Virus record (IMG/VR): IMGVR_UViG_3300045391_001131 | Span: 1 to 37,910 of that record | Direction: 5' to 3' (one strand) | Origin: a virus | Length of the DNA: 37,910 nt | Shown here: positions 7,016 to 14,212 of the stretch, in pieces | Layout of the letters: every line of letters begins with the position of its first letter | Position numbering within the stretch: the first letter of the stretch is position 1 | Position numbers and translations under genes: made by a program | The notes under the pieces: generated by a model | What the model was told of the DNA's origin: nothing | The model's input: only the letters and a program-made list of their open reading frames with translations | The model's database searches: none

Positions 7016-7362
7016 GTAGCCCTTACGCCCGCTCAAAGCAGCAGCTCGAAGCCGCTGGCTACTTGGTCGGCCGCACCGAGCATTGGAACTCTTTCGTTAA
7101 GATCCGCCAGGACCTCTTCGGCATCATCGACATGATTTGCGTGAAGGCGGATGAGCTCGGGGTTCTAGGCGTGCAGCCGACGGTCGGCGACCGGGTGTCA
7201 GATCACCTGAAGAAAGCCTTGGCGAATAAAGTGCTGCCCGTGTGGCTAGCGGCTGGGAACCGATTCGTCATCCACGGCTGGCGCAAGGTGGGCGACCGTG
7301 GCAAGCGCAAGCTCTGGGAATGCCGGCTCGTGCCGGTGACGGTGGAGATGTTCAAAAACTGA
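7012..7362 (+). CDS. PD-(D/E)XK-like nuclease (possible Holliday-junction resolvase), tentative
   Basis: 116 aa from ATG 7012. The pattern GRTEHW...DLFGIIDMICVK...LGVQPT resembles restriction-endonuclease-fold resolvases. Sits in the recombination/replication region. Assignment by eye only. Confidence 0.4.
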   Translation: MSSPYARSKQQLEAAGYLVGRTEHWNSFVKIRQDLFGIIDMICVKADELGVLGVQPTVGDRVSDHLKKALANKVLPVWLAAGNRFVIHGWRKVGDRGKRKLWECRLVPVTVEMFKN

Positions 7363-7376
7363 GAAGGAGGATTCGC

Positions 7377-7610
7377 GTGACACCACAACAAATGGAGATA
7401 GCGGGAACTGAGCGCAGCGAACTTGGCCAGCGCGCCTACGACGTCCTGGAGCAGAAGCAGAAGATCGCTGACGAGCAGGAGAAGCTTGCCGAGCTCCAGC
7501 AGGCGCTCATGGATCAGATGCGCTCAGAAGGCAAAGAGCAGTTCAAGGCGTCTGGATATGTGTTCACGATCGCCGACATCGGCGAGAAACTTCGGATCAC
7601 GAAAGGATAA
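7377..7610 (+). CDS. Hypothetical coiled-coil protein (77 aa)
   Basis: GTG start 7 nt after GAAGGAGG. Confidence 0.55.
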   Translation: MTPQQMEIAGTERSELGQRAYDVLEQKQKIADEQEKLAELQQALMDQMRSEGKEQFKASGYVFTIADIGEKLRITKG

Positions 7611-7614
7611 ACCA

Positions 7615-7851
7615 ATGAGTCAACGATTCAGCTACGTGAAGTACGACGTCCAGTCGACGGATAAGCAGGAAACGTTCAAGCAAATGTTCGAGGACATCGA
7701 GGAATACGCCGAACAAAACCTCGAAGAAAGCCGAGCTCGGTCCCTGCTTCTAACAGCGCTGGAGGAGGCCTACATGTGGACGGGAAAGGCGATTCGAGAT
7801 GAACAAATCAAACGTGGCGTTGCCGCCGAGCATGCGCCAGAGAGAGGGTAA
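7615..7851 (+). CDS. Conserved-looking small phage protein (78 aa) with LEEAYMWTGKAI motif
   Basis: ATG 7615. The helical motif ALEEA.MW..KAI is recurrent in small phage proteins of unknown function (recalled by eye). Confidence 0.6.
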   Translation: MSQRFSYVKYDVQSTDKQETFKQMFEDIEEYAEQNLEESRARSLLLTALEEAYMWTGKAIRDEQIKRGVAAEHAPERG

Positions 7852-7856
7852 ATCCG

Positions 7857-8048
7857 ATGCCGCTCATAAACCTAGTCATCGTCCTCATTGTCGTTGGCGT
7901 TCTTCTATGGCTCGTCAACACGTACATCCCGATGGACCCCAAGATCAAGCAAGTCATCAACATCGTGGTGGTCGTTGCCGTCGTGCTGTGGGTTTTGGGT
8001 CTATTCCTTGGCTTCGGCCATCTGTCGGCGATCCGTGTTGGACGCTAA
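7857..8048 (+). CDS. Small two-helix membrane protein (Thivi_2564-like by eye)
   Basis: 63 aa. Hydrophobic helices LINLVIVLIVVGVLLWLV and VINIVVVVAVVLWVLGLFLGF. Confidence 0.65.
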   Translation: MPLINLVIVLIVVGVLLWLVNTYIPMDPKIKQVINIVVVVAVVLWVLGLFLGFGHLSAIRVGR

Positions 8049-8244
8049 ACCGAAGTGGGAAATCATCGGCCTTAAAGGCCGGTATTGTTTCGACTGCTGT
8101 CGCAGCCTGCGAGATTTCAAGCGTCAAAAGTATTCCATCGTGGCGATGTGCCACGAGGACTTACATGAGTTTCTGAAAAATGGGGACATGGACCGAGTCT
8201 ATCGAATCGTGAAGGAGAAAGAACATGAAGGCCAACGGACTTAA
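8035..8244 (+). CDS. Hypothetical protein (69 aa, CFDCC motif)
   Basis: GTG at 8035 overlaps the end of the previous gene. The upstream part of the long ORF 7888..8244 is out of frame with the membrane-protein gene and looks like shadow. Confidence 0.4.
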   Translation: MLDAKPKWEIIGLKGRYCFDCCRSLRDFKRQKYSIVAMCHEDLHEFLKNGDMDRVYRIVKEKEHEGQRT

Positions 8245-8557
8245 AGGCGATTACTGTCAGACGTGTGCGGCAATCTTAGATGGAGTCCAGCGCAATCACC
8301 GCAGAGTCGTTGTGTTAGATAGCCAATGCGCAGCGGTGTTCCATCAGAGCGGCGATGCGGCAACGCTCGACGAGATCCAGAAGGGCGAAAATGATCCGGT
8401 GATCAATGAGCACGCGAAGCACGTGGCGCCCGAGATCCCGTCGCATAAGCACAAAGAAGAAACCGGTCGCATGCTCGAGGACGTCGACGCTTCGCCAGAG
8501 GATGCTGCGTATAAGACGAACCCGCGCGGGAAGAAGAAAAAGCACGAACATCGTTAG
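8225..8557 (+). CDS. Hypothetical protein (110 aa) with CxxC and basic/His-rich tail
   Basis: SD AAGGAG before ATG 8225. Confidence 0.6.
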   Translation: MKANGLKGDYCQTCAAILDGVQRNHRRVVVLDSQCAAVFHQSGDAATLDEIQKGENDPVINEHAKHVAPEIPSHKHKEETGRMLEDVDASPEDAAYKTNPRGKKKKHEHR

Positions 8558-8691
8558 CTGTTACAGTTGTGCGGTTGAAGGCATCCGGCCAGTGCCGCGA
8601 TGTTGGATTGATCCAACGTCGATGCACTTCAGATGTTCGTGCGGCTGGAGTATTTCGTATAAGTCGATCGTTGAGATGGAGCAGAGAGAGC

Positions 8692-9984
8692 ATGGGTCTA
8701 ATCGAAAGTCTCAAGTCAATAGGCATCCGAACAGCCGACGCGCTCAATCGCCTAAATGACCCGTTCCAGCCGTTCAACCGGCCCGCGCTTCCGAAGGAGC
8801 AGAAAGCGCTACACCAGTTGGAGGCTGAGTTTTATCAGGATCTGGTCGGAAACTTCTGGGCCTGCGACGGACAGGTGCTTCTTCATCGCATCCCCCTGCC
8901 GGTTGGCTCGCCGCTGGATCTGGGCGATCAGGCGATCTGGCACGGCGTCTACACGGCAATGCTTGCGGTCCGGTGGAATGTCTTGGATGCGGGTTCTAGT
9001 GAAATGCCGGGTCCAGAACTGCAGGATTCGGGATTCAGTGATTTGGTCAATGCGGTCAAAGGACTTCAATTGCATCAGACCATCCATGGCGAGGCGAAAC
9101 CTCGCCTCATCCGAGGAGTAAGCGATGACCTTAAAACTTGGCAAGACGACGCCTCGAATGATAGTGCGACGGGGCACTTGCTGGGAATCTACGTCGCCTG
9201 GAAATATGGGCCATCAACTTTGCGACCAGTGTTGCAAACGTTGGCGGCAGGATTGGCCTGTGAGCTACTCAATCGTCATTGCGCTCTCGTCGACGCGGTC
9301 GGCAACCCAACCACGTATGGAGCATTGGAGCAGGGCTGGAAGTCGGACCCTTTGCGGATTACGCTTGCCCTTGCGATCTACGCCGTCGGCGCTACTCTCT
9401 GCAGAATCCCCGAGTTCGCGAAAGCTTATTCGGATCTCTTCGAGAAATATAAGCCGATCCTCGCCTACCCGAAAGTAAAGCTCTGGTGGGTTGAGAACCA
9501 CAACGACACGCATCGCGCCGCCATCCACCTGGCGATCCTGGCAGATCTGACAACAGGCGACGCACGCGATCTGTACGTGATGGGGCTCGAGCGCATCCGC
9601 GCGATGGTCTCCAAACTCGGCAACATCTGGGTGAGCGCGCTCTGCGCCTGGGGCCGCGGGCTCCAATGGCGGGACGACCGAGACTTGGCGCTCAAGGTGC
9701 TCTCGGAGTTCACGCTGGCCGATAAGCAGTACAACCCGGGTCGTGACAACACGAACTATAGCGCTTCCTGGTTTAAACCGATTCTTTGGAACGGCGTCTA
9801 CATGGCGAACCAGCCGCTGCCGCGGTGGATAGCGCGTTCGCAGGACTTCTTCTGGCAGCGCAACTTGCGCTCACTTGATCCTGGCTCGCACGGCGCACCG
9901 GCCGATTCCCGACTGAACGGAGGCGATTTCCTGGCGGCGTATTGGCTTAGCCGTCTCATGGGTATTCTTAGCGCCGACGACTAG
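8692..9984 (+). CDS. Large early-region protein of unknown function (430 aa, helical-repeat/toroid-like impression)
   Basis: ATG 8692 after a purine-rich GAGAGAG. Trp/Leu/Ala-rich with repeated helix-like segments. No catalytic motif recognised. Confidence 0.7.
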   Translation: MGLIESLKSIGIRTADALNRLNDPFQPFNRPALPKEQKALHQLEAEFYQDLVGNFWACDGQVLLHRIPLPVGSPLDLGDQAIWHGVYTAMLAVRWNVLDAGSSEMPGPELQDSGFSDLVNAVKGLQLHQTIHGEAKPRLIRGVSDDLKTWQDDASNDSATGHLLGIYVAWKYGPSTLRPVLQTLAAGLACELLNRHCALVDAVGNPTTYGALEQGWKSDPLRITLALAIYAVGATLCRIPEFAKAYSDLFEKYKPILAYPKVKLWWVENHNDTHRAAIHLAILADLTTGDARDLYVMGLERIRAMVSKLGNIWVSALCAWGRGLQWRDDRDLALKVLSEFTLADKQYNPGRDNTNYSASWFKPILWNGVYMANQPLPRWIARSQDFFWQRNLRSLDPGSHGAPADSRLNGGDFLAAYWLSRLMGILSADD

Positions 9985-10001
9985 CCCTAGAAGCTACACA
10001 A
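9981..10001 (+). repeat. 21-nt direct repeat, copy 1 (includes the TAG stop of the 430-aa gene)
   Basis: ctagccctagaagctacacaa versus ctagcccaagaagctacacaa at 10534-10554, 20/21 identical. Confidence 0.9.
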
Positions 10002-10023
10002 GCTAGTTTCTCCGTCGAAGCAG

Positions 10024-10326
10024 ATGAATTATAAGCAACTTAAAAATATGCCAACAGATACCCAACGAGGAACCATGACAAATTACACCGAACCGAAGAG
10101 AGTGTGCGGCTTACATAAATGCGTTCTCGTTACATCGCATAAAGACCCCTACGATCTCATCTGCTGGTCCTGTAGCCAGATTGAAAGGGCCGCAAGAAGA
10201 CTGGTTGAGGCGGTAGAAGGTTGTGGGCATTGTGAGCGTGGGTGCGGTCAAACCATTCGAGCGGCACTTATCGATTGTCAGGAACAGTTGCAATTAGCCG
10301 ACGGGGCTAAGAGCGAAAATCTATGA
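10024..10326 (+). CDS. Hypothetical Cys-rich protein (100 aa) in low-GC cassette
   Basis: Cys clusters CGLHKC, CWSC, CGHCERGC. The start is uncertain (in-frame ATGs at 10048 and 10075). Visibly AT-richer than its flanks. Confidence 0.5.
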   Translation: MNYKQLKNMPTDTQRGTMTNYTEPKRVCGLHKCVLVTSHKDPYDLICWSCSQIERAARRLVEAVEGCGHCERGCGQTIRAALIDCQEQLQLADGAKSENL

Positions 10327-10378
10327 GACATGGTTGGGAAGTTTATCGACGACAAAATCGTGTCTCGTTGGGGGTTTG

Positions 10379-10537
10379 ATGGCAGAGCGCGATGAATATA
10401 AAAAGCTACAAGCAATTGTTAGGGACATCCTCGAAAACTGTCCGGGCGAAAATGCTGGACAATTCATTGCGGATCGAATTTCGCTGGCTTGGAGTTTGGG
10501 ATATGAACAGTGCGTTGAAGATCACAAGGACCACTAG
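10379..10537 (+). CDS. Hypothetical small acidic protein (52 aa) in low-GC cassette
   Basis: ATG 10379 (MAERDEYKKLQAIVRDILENCPGE...). Its TAG stop lies inside repeat copy 2. Confidence 0.45.
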   Translation: MAERDEYKKLQAIVRDILENCPGENAGQFIADRISLAWSLGYEQCVEDHKDH

Positions 10538-10554
10538 CCCAAGAAGCTACACAA
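10534..10554 (+). repeat. 21-nt direct repeat, copy 2 (includes the TAG stop of the 52-aa gene)
   Basis: See copy 1. Together the copies bracket about 550 bp of lower-GC DNA. Confidence 0.9.
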
Positions 10555-10573
10555 CGAATTTATTGAACGGAAC

Positions 10574-10681
10574 ATGAAACCATTAACGATTGATCTAAGC
10601 CCGGGAAGCGACTTTCGATACTTACTTAGTGTGGTTGCCTTTATCTGCATGGTGGTACTGGTCGCCCGCCGGATAAAGTAA
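10574..10681 (+). CDS. Possible 35-aa hydrophobic peptide
   Basis: MKPLTIDLSPGSDFRYLLSVVAFICMVVLVARRIK. One C-terminal TM plus a basic tail. No SD, so weak. Confidence 0.3.
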   Translation: MKPLTIDLSPGSDFRYLLSVVAFICMVVLVARRIK

Positions 10682-10693
10682 GTCAAAAAAAGG

Positions 10694-10722
10694 TGGACAA
10701 AGTTGTACAACTCCGTTACACT
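10694..10722 (+). promoter_or_regulatory. Second rightward promoter carrying the same operator as the early promoter
   Basis: TGGACA (10694-10699), 17-nt spacer, TACACT (10717-10722). The spacer contains GTTGTACAAC (10702-10711). The 13-mer AAGTTGTACAACT is identical to 668-680. Confidence 0.6.
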
Positions 10723-10728
10723 TAGCGG

Positions 10729-10789
10729 CAAATGAACGGCTGGTGTGGATCGGATTTCAACTTCCCCCGCCTTTGGGCGGGGATTTTTT
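10729..10789 (+). ncRNA. Candidate ~60-nt promoter-proximal terminated transcript (6S/oop-like small RNA or antitermination leader)
   Basis: The predicted +1 lies about 7 nt after the -10. An intrinsic terminator ends at 10789. No ORF lies within. The TSS is inferred, not observed. Confidence 0.4.
10765..10789 (+). terminator. Intrinsic terminator
   Basis: CCCCGCC (10765-10771), loop TTTG, GGGCGGG... read as GGCGGGG (10776-10782), then A-TTTTTT (10784-10789). Confidence 0.75.
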
Positions 10790-10843
10790 ATGCCTAGAGA
10801 TTTGCGTCCTGCCTTCGCGGCGATGGCGGGGAGGAGATACCAG

Positions 10844-11194
10844 ATGTCACAGAAGGCCTCGAAAGAAGAGATGCCCAAACTAATTGCCGAGCTCGTCAAT
10901 CGCCAATCGAATTTGAAAACCATCGAGCTCATCGAGAAGTTCTTGGCCACGGTCCACGTGGCGGGCGCTGAGTCGGTGAGCAATTTGAGCCGCTGCTTCT
11001 CTTGGCTGATCGGTGTCTCCCAGGGCGAGGCTTTGCGCGTGAAAGAGCTGAAAGAACTGCTGCCCGATCAGGACACGAAAGTAAAGCTCGGACCGGAAGA
11101 GCCAGCCGAGGAGCCGGAGCCCGTGGATGCTGCGCAGATTTCGCAAGGCGGCGTCGAAATCTCGAAAGGGTCGCCTGTCTTTGAGCAGGCGTGA
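10844..11194 (+). CDS. Hypothetical protein (116 aa), first gene after the promoter-terminator unit
   Basis: ATG 10844 with GGAGGAG 7 nt upstream. An in-frame ATG at 10790 directly abuts the terminator U-tract. Confidence 0.6.
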   Translation: MSQKASKEEMPKLIAELVNRQSNLKTIELIEKFLATVHVAGAESVSNLSRCFSWLIGVSQGEALRVKELKELLPDQDTKVKLGPEEPAEEPEPVDAAQISQGGVEISKGSPVFEQA

Positions 11195-11445
11195 ATATTC
11201 CGGCCGGGCATGCAGCGCCGGTCACGCGCGAGAAGATCGTCACCGAACACTCGAAGTGGCTGATGTATGCGGACTACGATCCGGTGAGTCTCCGGTTCGA
11301 GGTCGGGTTTAAAAACGGCCGGATCGTCCAGCACTGGCCGGTTTACCCGCAGACGTGGCTGGATTTCAAAGTGGCGCCATCGAAGGGAAGCTTTTACACC
11401 TTCGCGATCAAGAAGGTGACGCCGCCGGTCGAGGTAAAGGCATAA
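11191..11445 (+). CDS. KTSC-domain protein (84 aa)
   Basis: GTGA-coupled start. SKWLMYADYDPVSLRFEVGFKNGRIVQHWPVYPQTWLDFKVAPSKGSFYTFAIKK fits the KTSC-domain pattern (igYd...L.V.F..G..Y.Y..V...w..f..A.SkG.yf...Ik). Confidence 0.65.
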   Translation: MNIPAGHAAPVTREKIVTEHSKWLMYADYDPVSLRFEVGFKNGRIVQHWPVYPQTWLDFKVAPSKGSFYTFAIKKVTPPVEVKA

Positions 11446-11712
11446 ATGAACGCAAAAAACGCGGCGAAATTCAAGAAACCGGAGGAGTACCAGGCCGAAC
11501 AAGTGCGCCAGCCGCAGGAAGGCGTGAAGGTTGGCCGCGAAGTGTTCTTCCGTTTGCGCTTGATGCCAGCTTCGCTCGTCCAGTATGCGGTCGAGCAGGT
11601 GACGCTTGAGAACGACGCAGTTGTTGAGCGCAAGAACGTAACCGAACGGGATATCCTGCCGATCACGCTTTCCAAGATCGAGGATCTGATCTTGCAGCAG
11701 GTGCGGCGGTGA
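11446..11712 (+). CDS. Hypothetical protein (88 aa)
   Basis: ATG immediately after the previous TAA. Confidence 0.6.
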   Translation: MNAKNAAKFKKPEEYQAEQVRQPQEGVKVGREVFFRLRLMPASLVQYAVEQVTLENDAVVERKNVTERDILPITLSKIEDLILQQVRR

Positions 11713-11918
11713 GTGCGCTTGCCCGCTTCTTTGCGGCCCTTGCCGCCTTTTTCGAGTCCAAGGCCTCGGCCAAGAAATTGGCCGCTAGAATCGAAGCGCT
11801 CGAAGCGGAGCAGGCATCGCTGAAGCAGCATATGGCGCAGCTTCGGGTCGACATGGGCAAGTGCAAAATGATGGTGGGCCTGAACCAGATTTTGGACGTG
11901 ACGCCGAACGAAGTCTGA
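11709..11918 (+). CDS. Hypothetical protein (69 aa): hydrophobic N-terminus plus coiled coil
   Basis: GTGA-coupled start. Reads VSALARFFAALAAFFESKASAKKLAARIEALEAEQASLKQHMAQL... Confidence 0.5.
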   Translation: MSALARFFAALAAFFESKASAKKLAARIEALEAEQASLKQHMAQLRVDMGKCKMMVGLNQILDVTPNEV

Positions 11919-11929
11919 TCTTTCAATCT

Positions 11930-11968
11930 GAGTCGTCGTTGGACCGGGAAGGGATTTAACGGCGACTC
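11930..11968 (+). promoter_or_regulatory. Stable RNA hairpin upstream of terS (11-bp stem, 17-nt loop)
   Basis: GAGTCGTCGTT (11930-11940) pairs with AACGGCGACTC (11958-11968), with one G-U pair. Confidence 0.5.
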
Positions 11969-11987
11969 GTTATTCGACGTAAGAAAA

Positions 11988-12035
11988 GCGAGGCCAGTGT
12001 GGTGGCCACACCCATCACACGGCCTCGTTTTTTTT
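11988..12035 (+). terminator. Intrinsic terminator-like hairpin with T8 tract abutting the terS start codon
   Basis: GCGAGGCC (11988-11995) and GGCCTCG (12021-12027) enclose a nested GTGTGG/CCACAC mini-hairpin. TTTTTTTT follows (12028-12035), then ATG 12036. Confidence 0.6.
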
Positions 12036-12380
12036 ATGGCGAAATTCGAGAAAGGTTGGGCCGGTGGGCCAGGAAGGCCGGTCGGATCAAAAAACAAAAG
12101 CTACACGAGCCTCAACGTTTGGTTCGAGTTGATACACAGCACGCTTGAAGAGCTGCCGCCCGAAAAGAAGCTCGAATACGGCTTCAAGGCGGCGGAACTT
12201 TTATTGGCCAAAGTACAAACGCTGCCCGGCACGCCCGGCGATTCGAGGTCCAATGCCGACAATGCGTTGGCCGAACTGAAAGCAGCAGAGGAATATGGAA
12301 TCAAACGCGACGATGGAAGCCCCCCATCTCAGTCCGGAAGCGACGGCGCTGATGTGGCGGCTGGGCCGGCTCAAGGCTAA
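12036..12380 (+). CDS. terS: Terminase small subunit (putative)
   Basis: 114 aa directly upstream of, and overlapping, terL. The N-terminal WAGGPGRPVGSKNK motif is common in small terminases (DUF5681-like). No SD. Confidence 0.55.
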   Translation: MAKFEKGWAGGPGRPVGSKNKSYTSLNVWFELIHSTLEELPPEKKLEYGFKAAELLLAKVQTLPGTPGDSRSNADNALAELKAAEEYGIKRDDGSPPSQSGSDGADVAAGPAQG

Positions 12381-13773
12381 GCTTCAGCCCAAGCAAAAAC
12401 TGGTATATGAGACGCTTCAGAAAGCGTCTCCCGAGGATATTTTCTGCATCGTATGCTCGCGTGGATTTGGCAAGACCTATACTGGCTGTGCGTTTGCTAT
12501 CGAAACGGCACGCCAGCAGACCGAACCCTGTTCGATCCTCATCATTTCATCCACCCTGAAAAAGCTGCGGATGATTGTGCGGCCGAACTTCCAGCAAATC
12601 CTCGCCGATTGCCCGCCGGAGTTTCGGCCCAAAGAAAACCGCCAGGACAGCTACTGGGAATTTCCGGGCGGGATTCGCATCCATCTGATCGCCGGCGAAA
12701 AAGGGCATATCGAGAATGTCCGCGGTATCCACAAGGTTGTCCTGGTTTTGATCGACGAAGCTGCGTTTTTCGGTGACGAGGAAGACTCTTACCCGCTCGA
12801 TCACATCATTCTAAATATCCTCATGCCGATGTTCATCCGGACCAAGTCGCAGGCCCGGATTGTTGCCATGACGACCCCGCCAGAGACCCCGAACCATCCC
12901 ATCAAAGCGATCTTCCAGCAGTCGGCGCTTTCTGGCTCGGTTGCAGTGTTCGATATTCATCAGTCGGACATCCCAACAGCGCGCGTCGAGCAGATGCGCT
13001 CCCGCATGCTGTCGATGCCGGGGGGGGAGCTTGCATGGGAACGGGAAATGCTCTGCAGGTGGGTCGTCGATACTAACCGGCTGATCATTCCTGAGTGGAA
13101 AAAAGATTACGAGGTGGTCACGAGGCGCGACGAGCTCTTCCCGTACTACGACAAATATTTCTCGCTCGACATCGGATCAGTCGACAAAACGGTAGGACTT
13201 CTTTTCTGGTACGACTTCCGCCGCGGAAAAATCGTCTTCGAGGATGAGATCGTATTCGAAGGGCGCCAGTGGACAACCGATAACCTGGCGGCCGAACTCA
13301 AGGCCAAAGAACTCGGCCAGTGGGGGCCGAACTACCATACCTACCGCCGTGTCGCCGACTCCGACAACCAGATTTTGCTCGCCGACCTCACCCATCTACA
13401 CAAAATGCCGATCCTGCCGACCACGAAGAACTCACTCAACGCCATGGTAAACCAGGCGCGCATGGAAGTGAAGTCCGGAAACGTCGAGGTAAATCCCCGC
13501 TGCAAGCTCCTGATCCAGACGTTGCATGACGGCATCTGGAATAAATCAAAAGACGAATTTGCTCGCACCACGGCGCTCGGTCACATGGATGCGATCGCCG
13601 CTTTTATCTACGGCATCCGGAATGTGGACAAGCTTCATAACCCGGTCCCTGTGACCTACGGCTTCCAGCCGGAAAACCAGATTTACCCGACGCAACCGAA
13701 GGCGCAGACTACGCAGGAACTTGAGCGGGCGCTTGTGGCCTCGAATCCTTTCTTGAGCAAGGAGCGCGAATGA
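12295..13773 (+). CDS. terL: Terminase large subunit
   Basis: 492 aa. Deviant Walker A SRGFGKT, Walker B VLVLIDEAAF. RNaseH-like nuclease Asp motifs SLDIGSVDKT and HMDAIAAFIY. The start is uncertain (in-frame ATGs at 12313 and 12352 would shorten the overlap with terS). Confidence 0.9.
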   Translation: MESNATMEAPHLSPEATALMWRLGRLKAKLQPKQKLVYETLQKASPEDIFCIVCSRGFGKTYTGCAFAIETARQQTEPCSILIISSTLKKLRMIVRPNFQQILADCPPEFRPKENRQDSYWEFPGGIRIHLIAGEKGHIENVRGIHKVVLVLIDEAAFFGDEEDSYPLDHIILNILMPMFIRTKSQARIVAMTTPPETPNHPIKAIFQQSALSGSVAVFDIHQSDIPTARVEQMRSRMLSMPGGELAWEREMLCRWVVDTNRLIIPEWKKDYEVVTRRDELFPYYDKYFSLDIGSVDKTVGLLFWYDFRRGKIVFEDEIVFEGRQWTTDNLAAELKAKELGQWGPNYHTYRRVADSDNQILLADLTHLHKMPILPTTKNSLNAMVNQARMEVKSGNVEVNPRCKLLIQTLHDGIWNKSKDEFARTTALGHMDAIAAFIYGIRNVDKLHNPVPVTYGFQPENQIYPTQPKAQTTQELERALVASNPFLSKERE

Positions 13774-13967
13774 TCAGCGACGAACACTTTGCGCTCGATT
13801 CGATGCGCTTTACCGCTTCCGTCATGGGAAATCCCGAGTATCTGACGGCAGTGAAGAACATCAAGCAGGCGAAGGATGAGCGCCATGTGGGCATTGAGAA
13901 ACTGAATAGCTTCCACGCCCACCAGCACGCCGAGCGCCAGAAGCGCGCGAAGAAGGAGCCCGCATGA
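13770..13967 (+). CDS. Hypothetical protein (65 aa)
   Basis: ATGA coupling to terL. Confidence 0.55.
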   Translation: MISDEHFALDSMRFTASVMGNPEYLTAVKNIKQAKDERHVGIEKLNSFHAHQHAERQKRAKKEPA

Positions 13968-14212
13968 TCCCGGTAACGGTCGGACAGGGAAAGTTTCGGA
14001 TGCTGACGCCTACCCGTTCGATCATGGGCAACTACATCCTGGTAGGCGCGCTCGTTTCTGGCGCCGGCGTCTACACAAAGCGCGTCAAGCCGAATGCGAC
14101 GCGCGACGATCTGCGCCGGGCCTATGGGCTTTTGAGAGAGCAAATACACAAAGAGCACCCTGGGATCAAAGAGGAATTCACGATGCTGCGACCGAAGACG
14201 GCCTATAACTGA
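13964..14212 (+). CDS. Hypothetical protein (82 aa)
   Basis: ATGA coupling. Its stop overlaps the portal ATG by 1 nt. Confidence 0.55.
   Translation: MIPVTVGQGKFRMLTPTRSIMGNYILVGALVSGAGVYTKRVKPNATRDDLRRAYGLLREQIHKEHPGIKEEFTMLRPKTAYN

Noticed and set aside
8602-8617. Near-palindrome GTTGGATTGATCCAAC as another operator, since it shares the GTTG...CAAC outer arms with GTTGTACAAC.
   Set aside because: The core differs completely and no promoter-like hexamers flank it. It is noted only as context for the 430-aa gene leader.
10574-10789. Type I toxin-antitoxin pair: a 35-aa hydrophobic peptide next to the candidate small RNA.
   Set aside because: The RNA is on the same strand and downstream, with no complementarity to the peptide mRNA that I could see. 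The peptide ORF has no SD.
11997-12035. GTG at 11997 as the terS start, as given in the ORF track.
   Set aside because: That start and the first 13 codons lie inside the terminator hairpin and T8 tract. The ATG at 12036 begins the recognisable small-terminase N-terminus.
12095-12112. Third copy of the cassette boundary repeat (AAGCTACAC inside terS).
   Set aside because: Only a 9-nt match, inside a coding region. This is consistent with chance.
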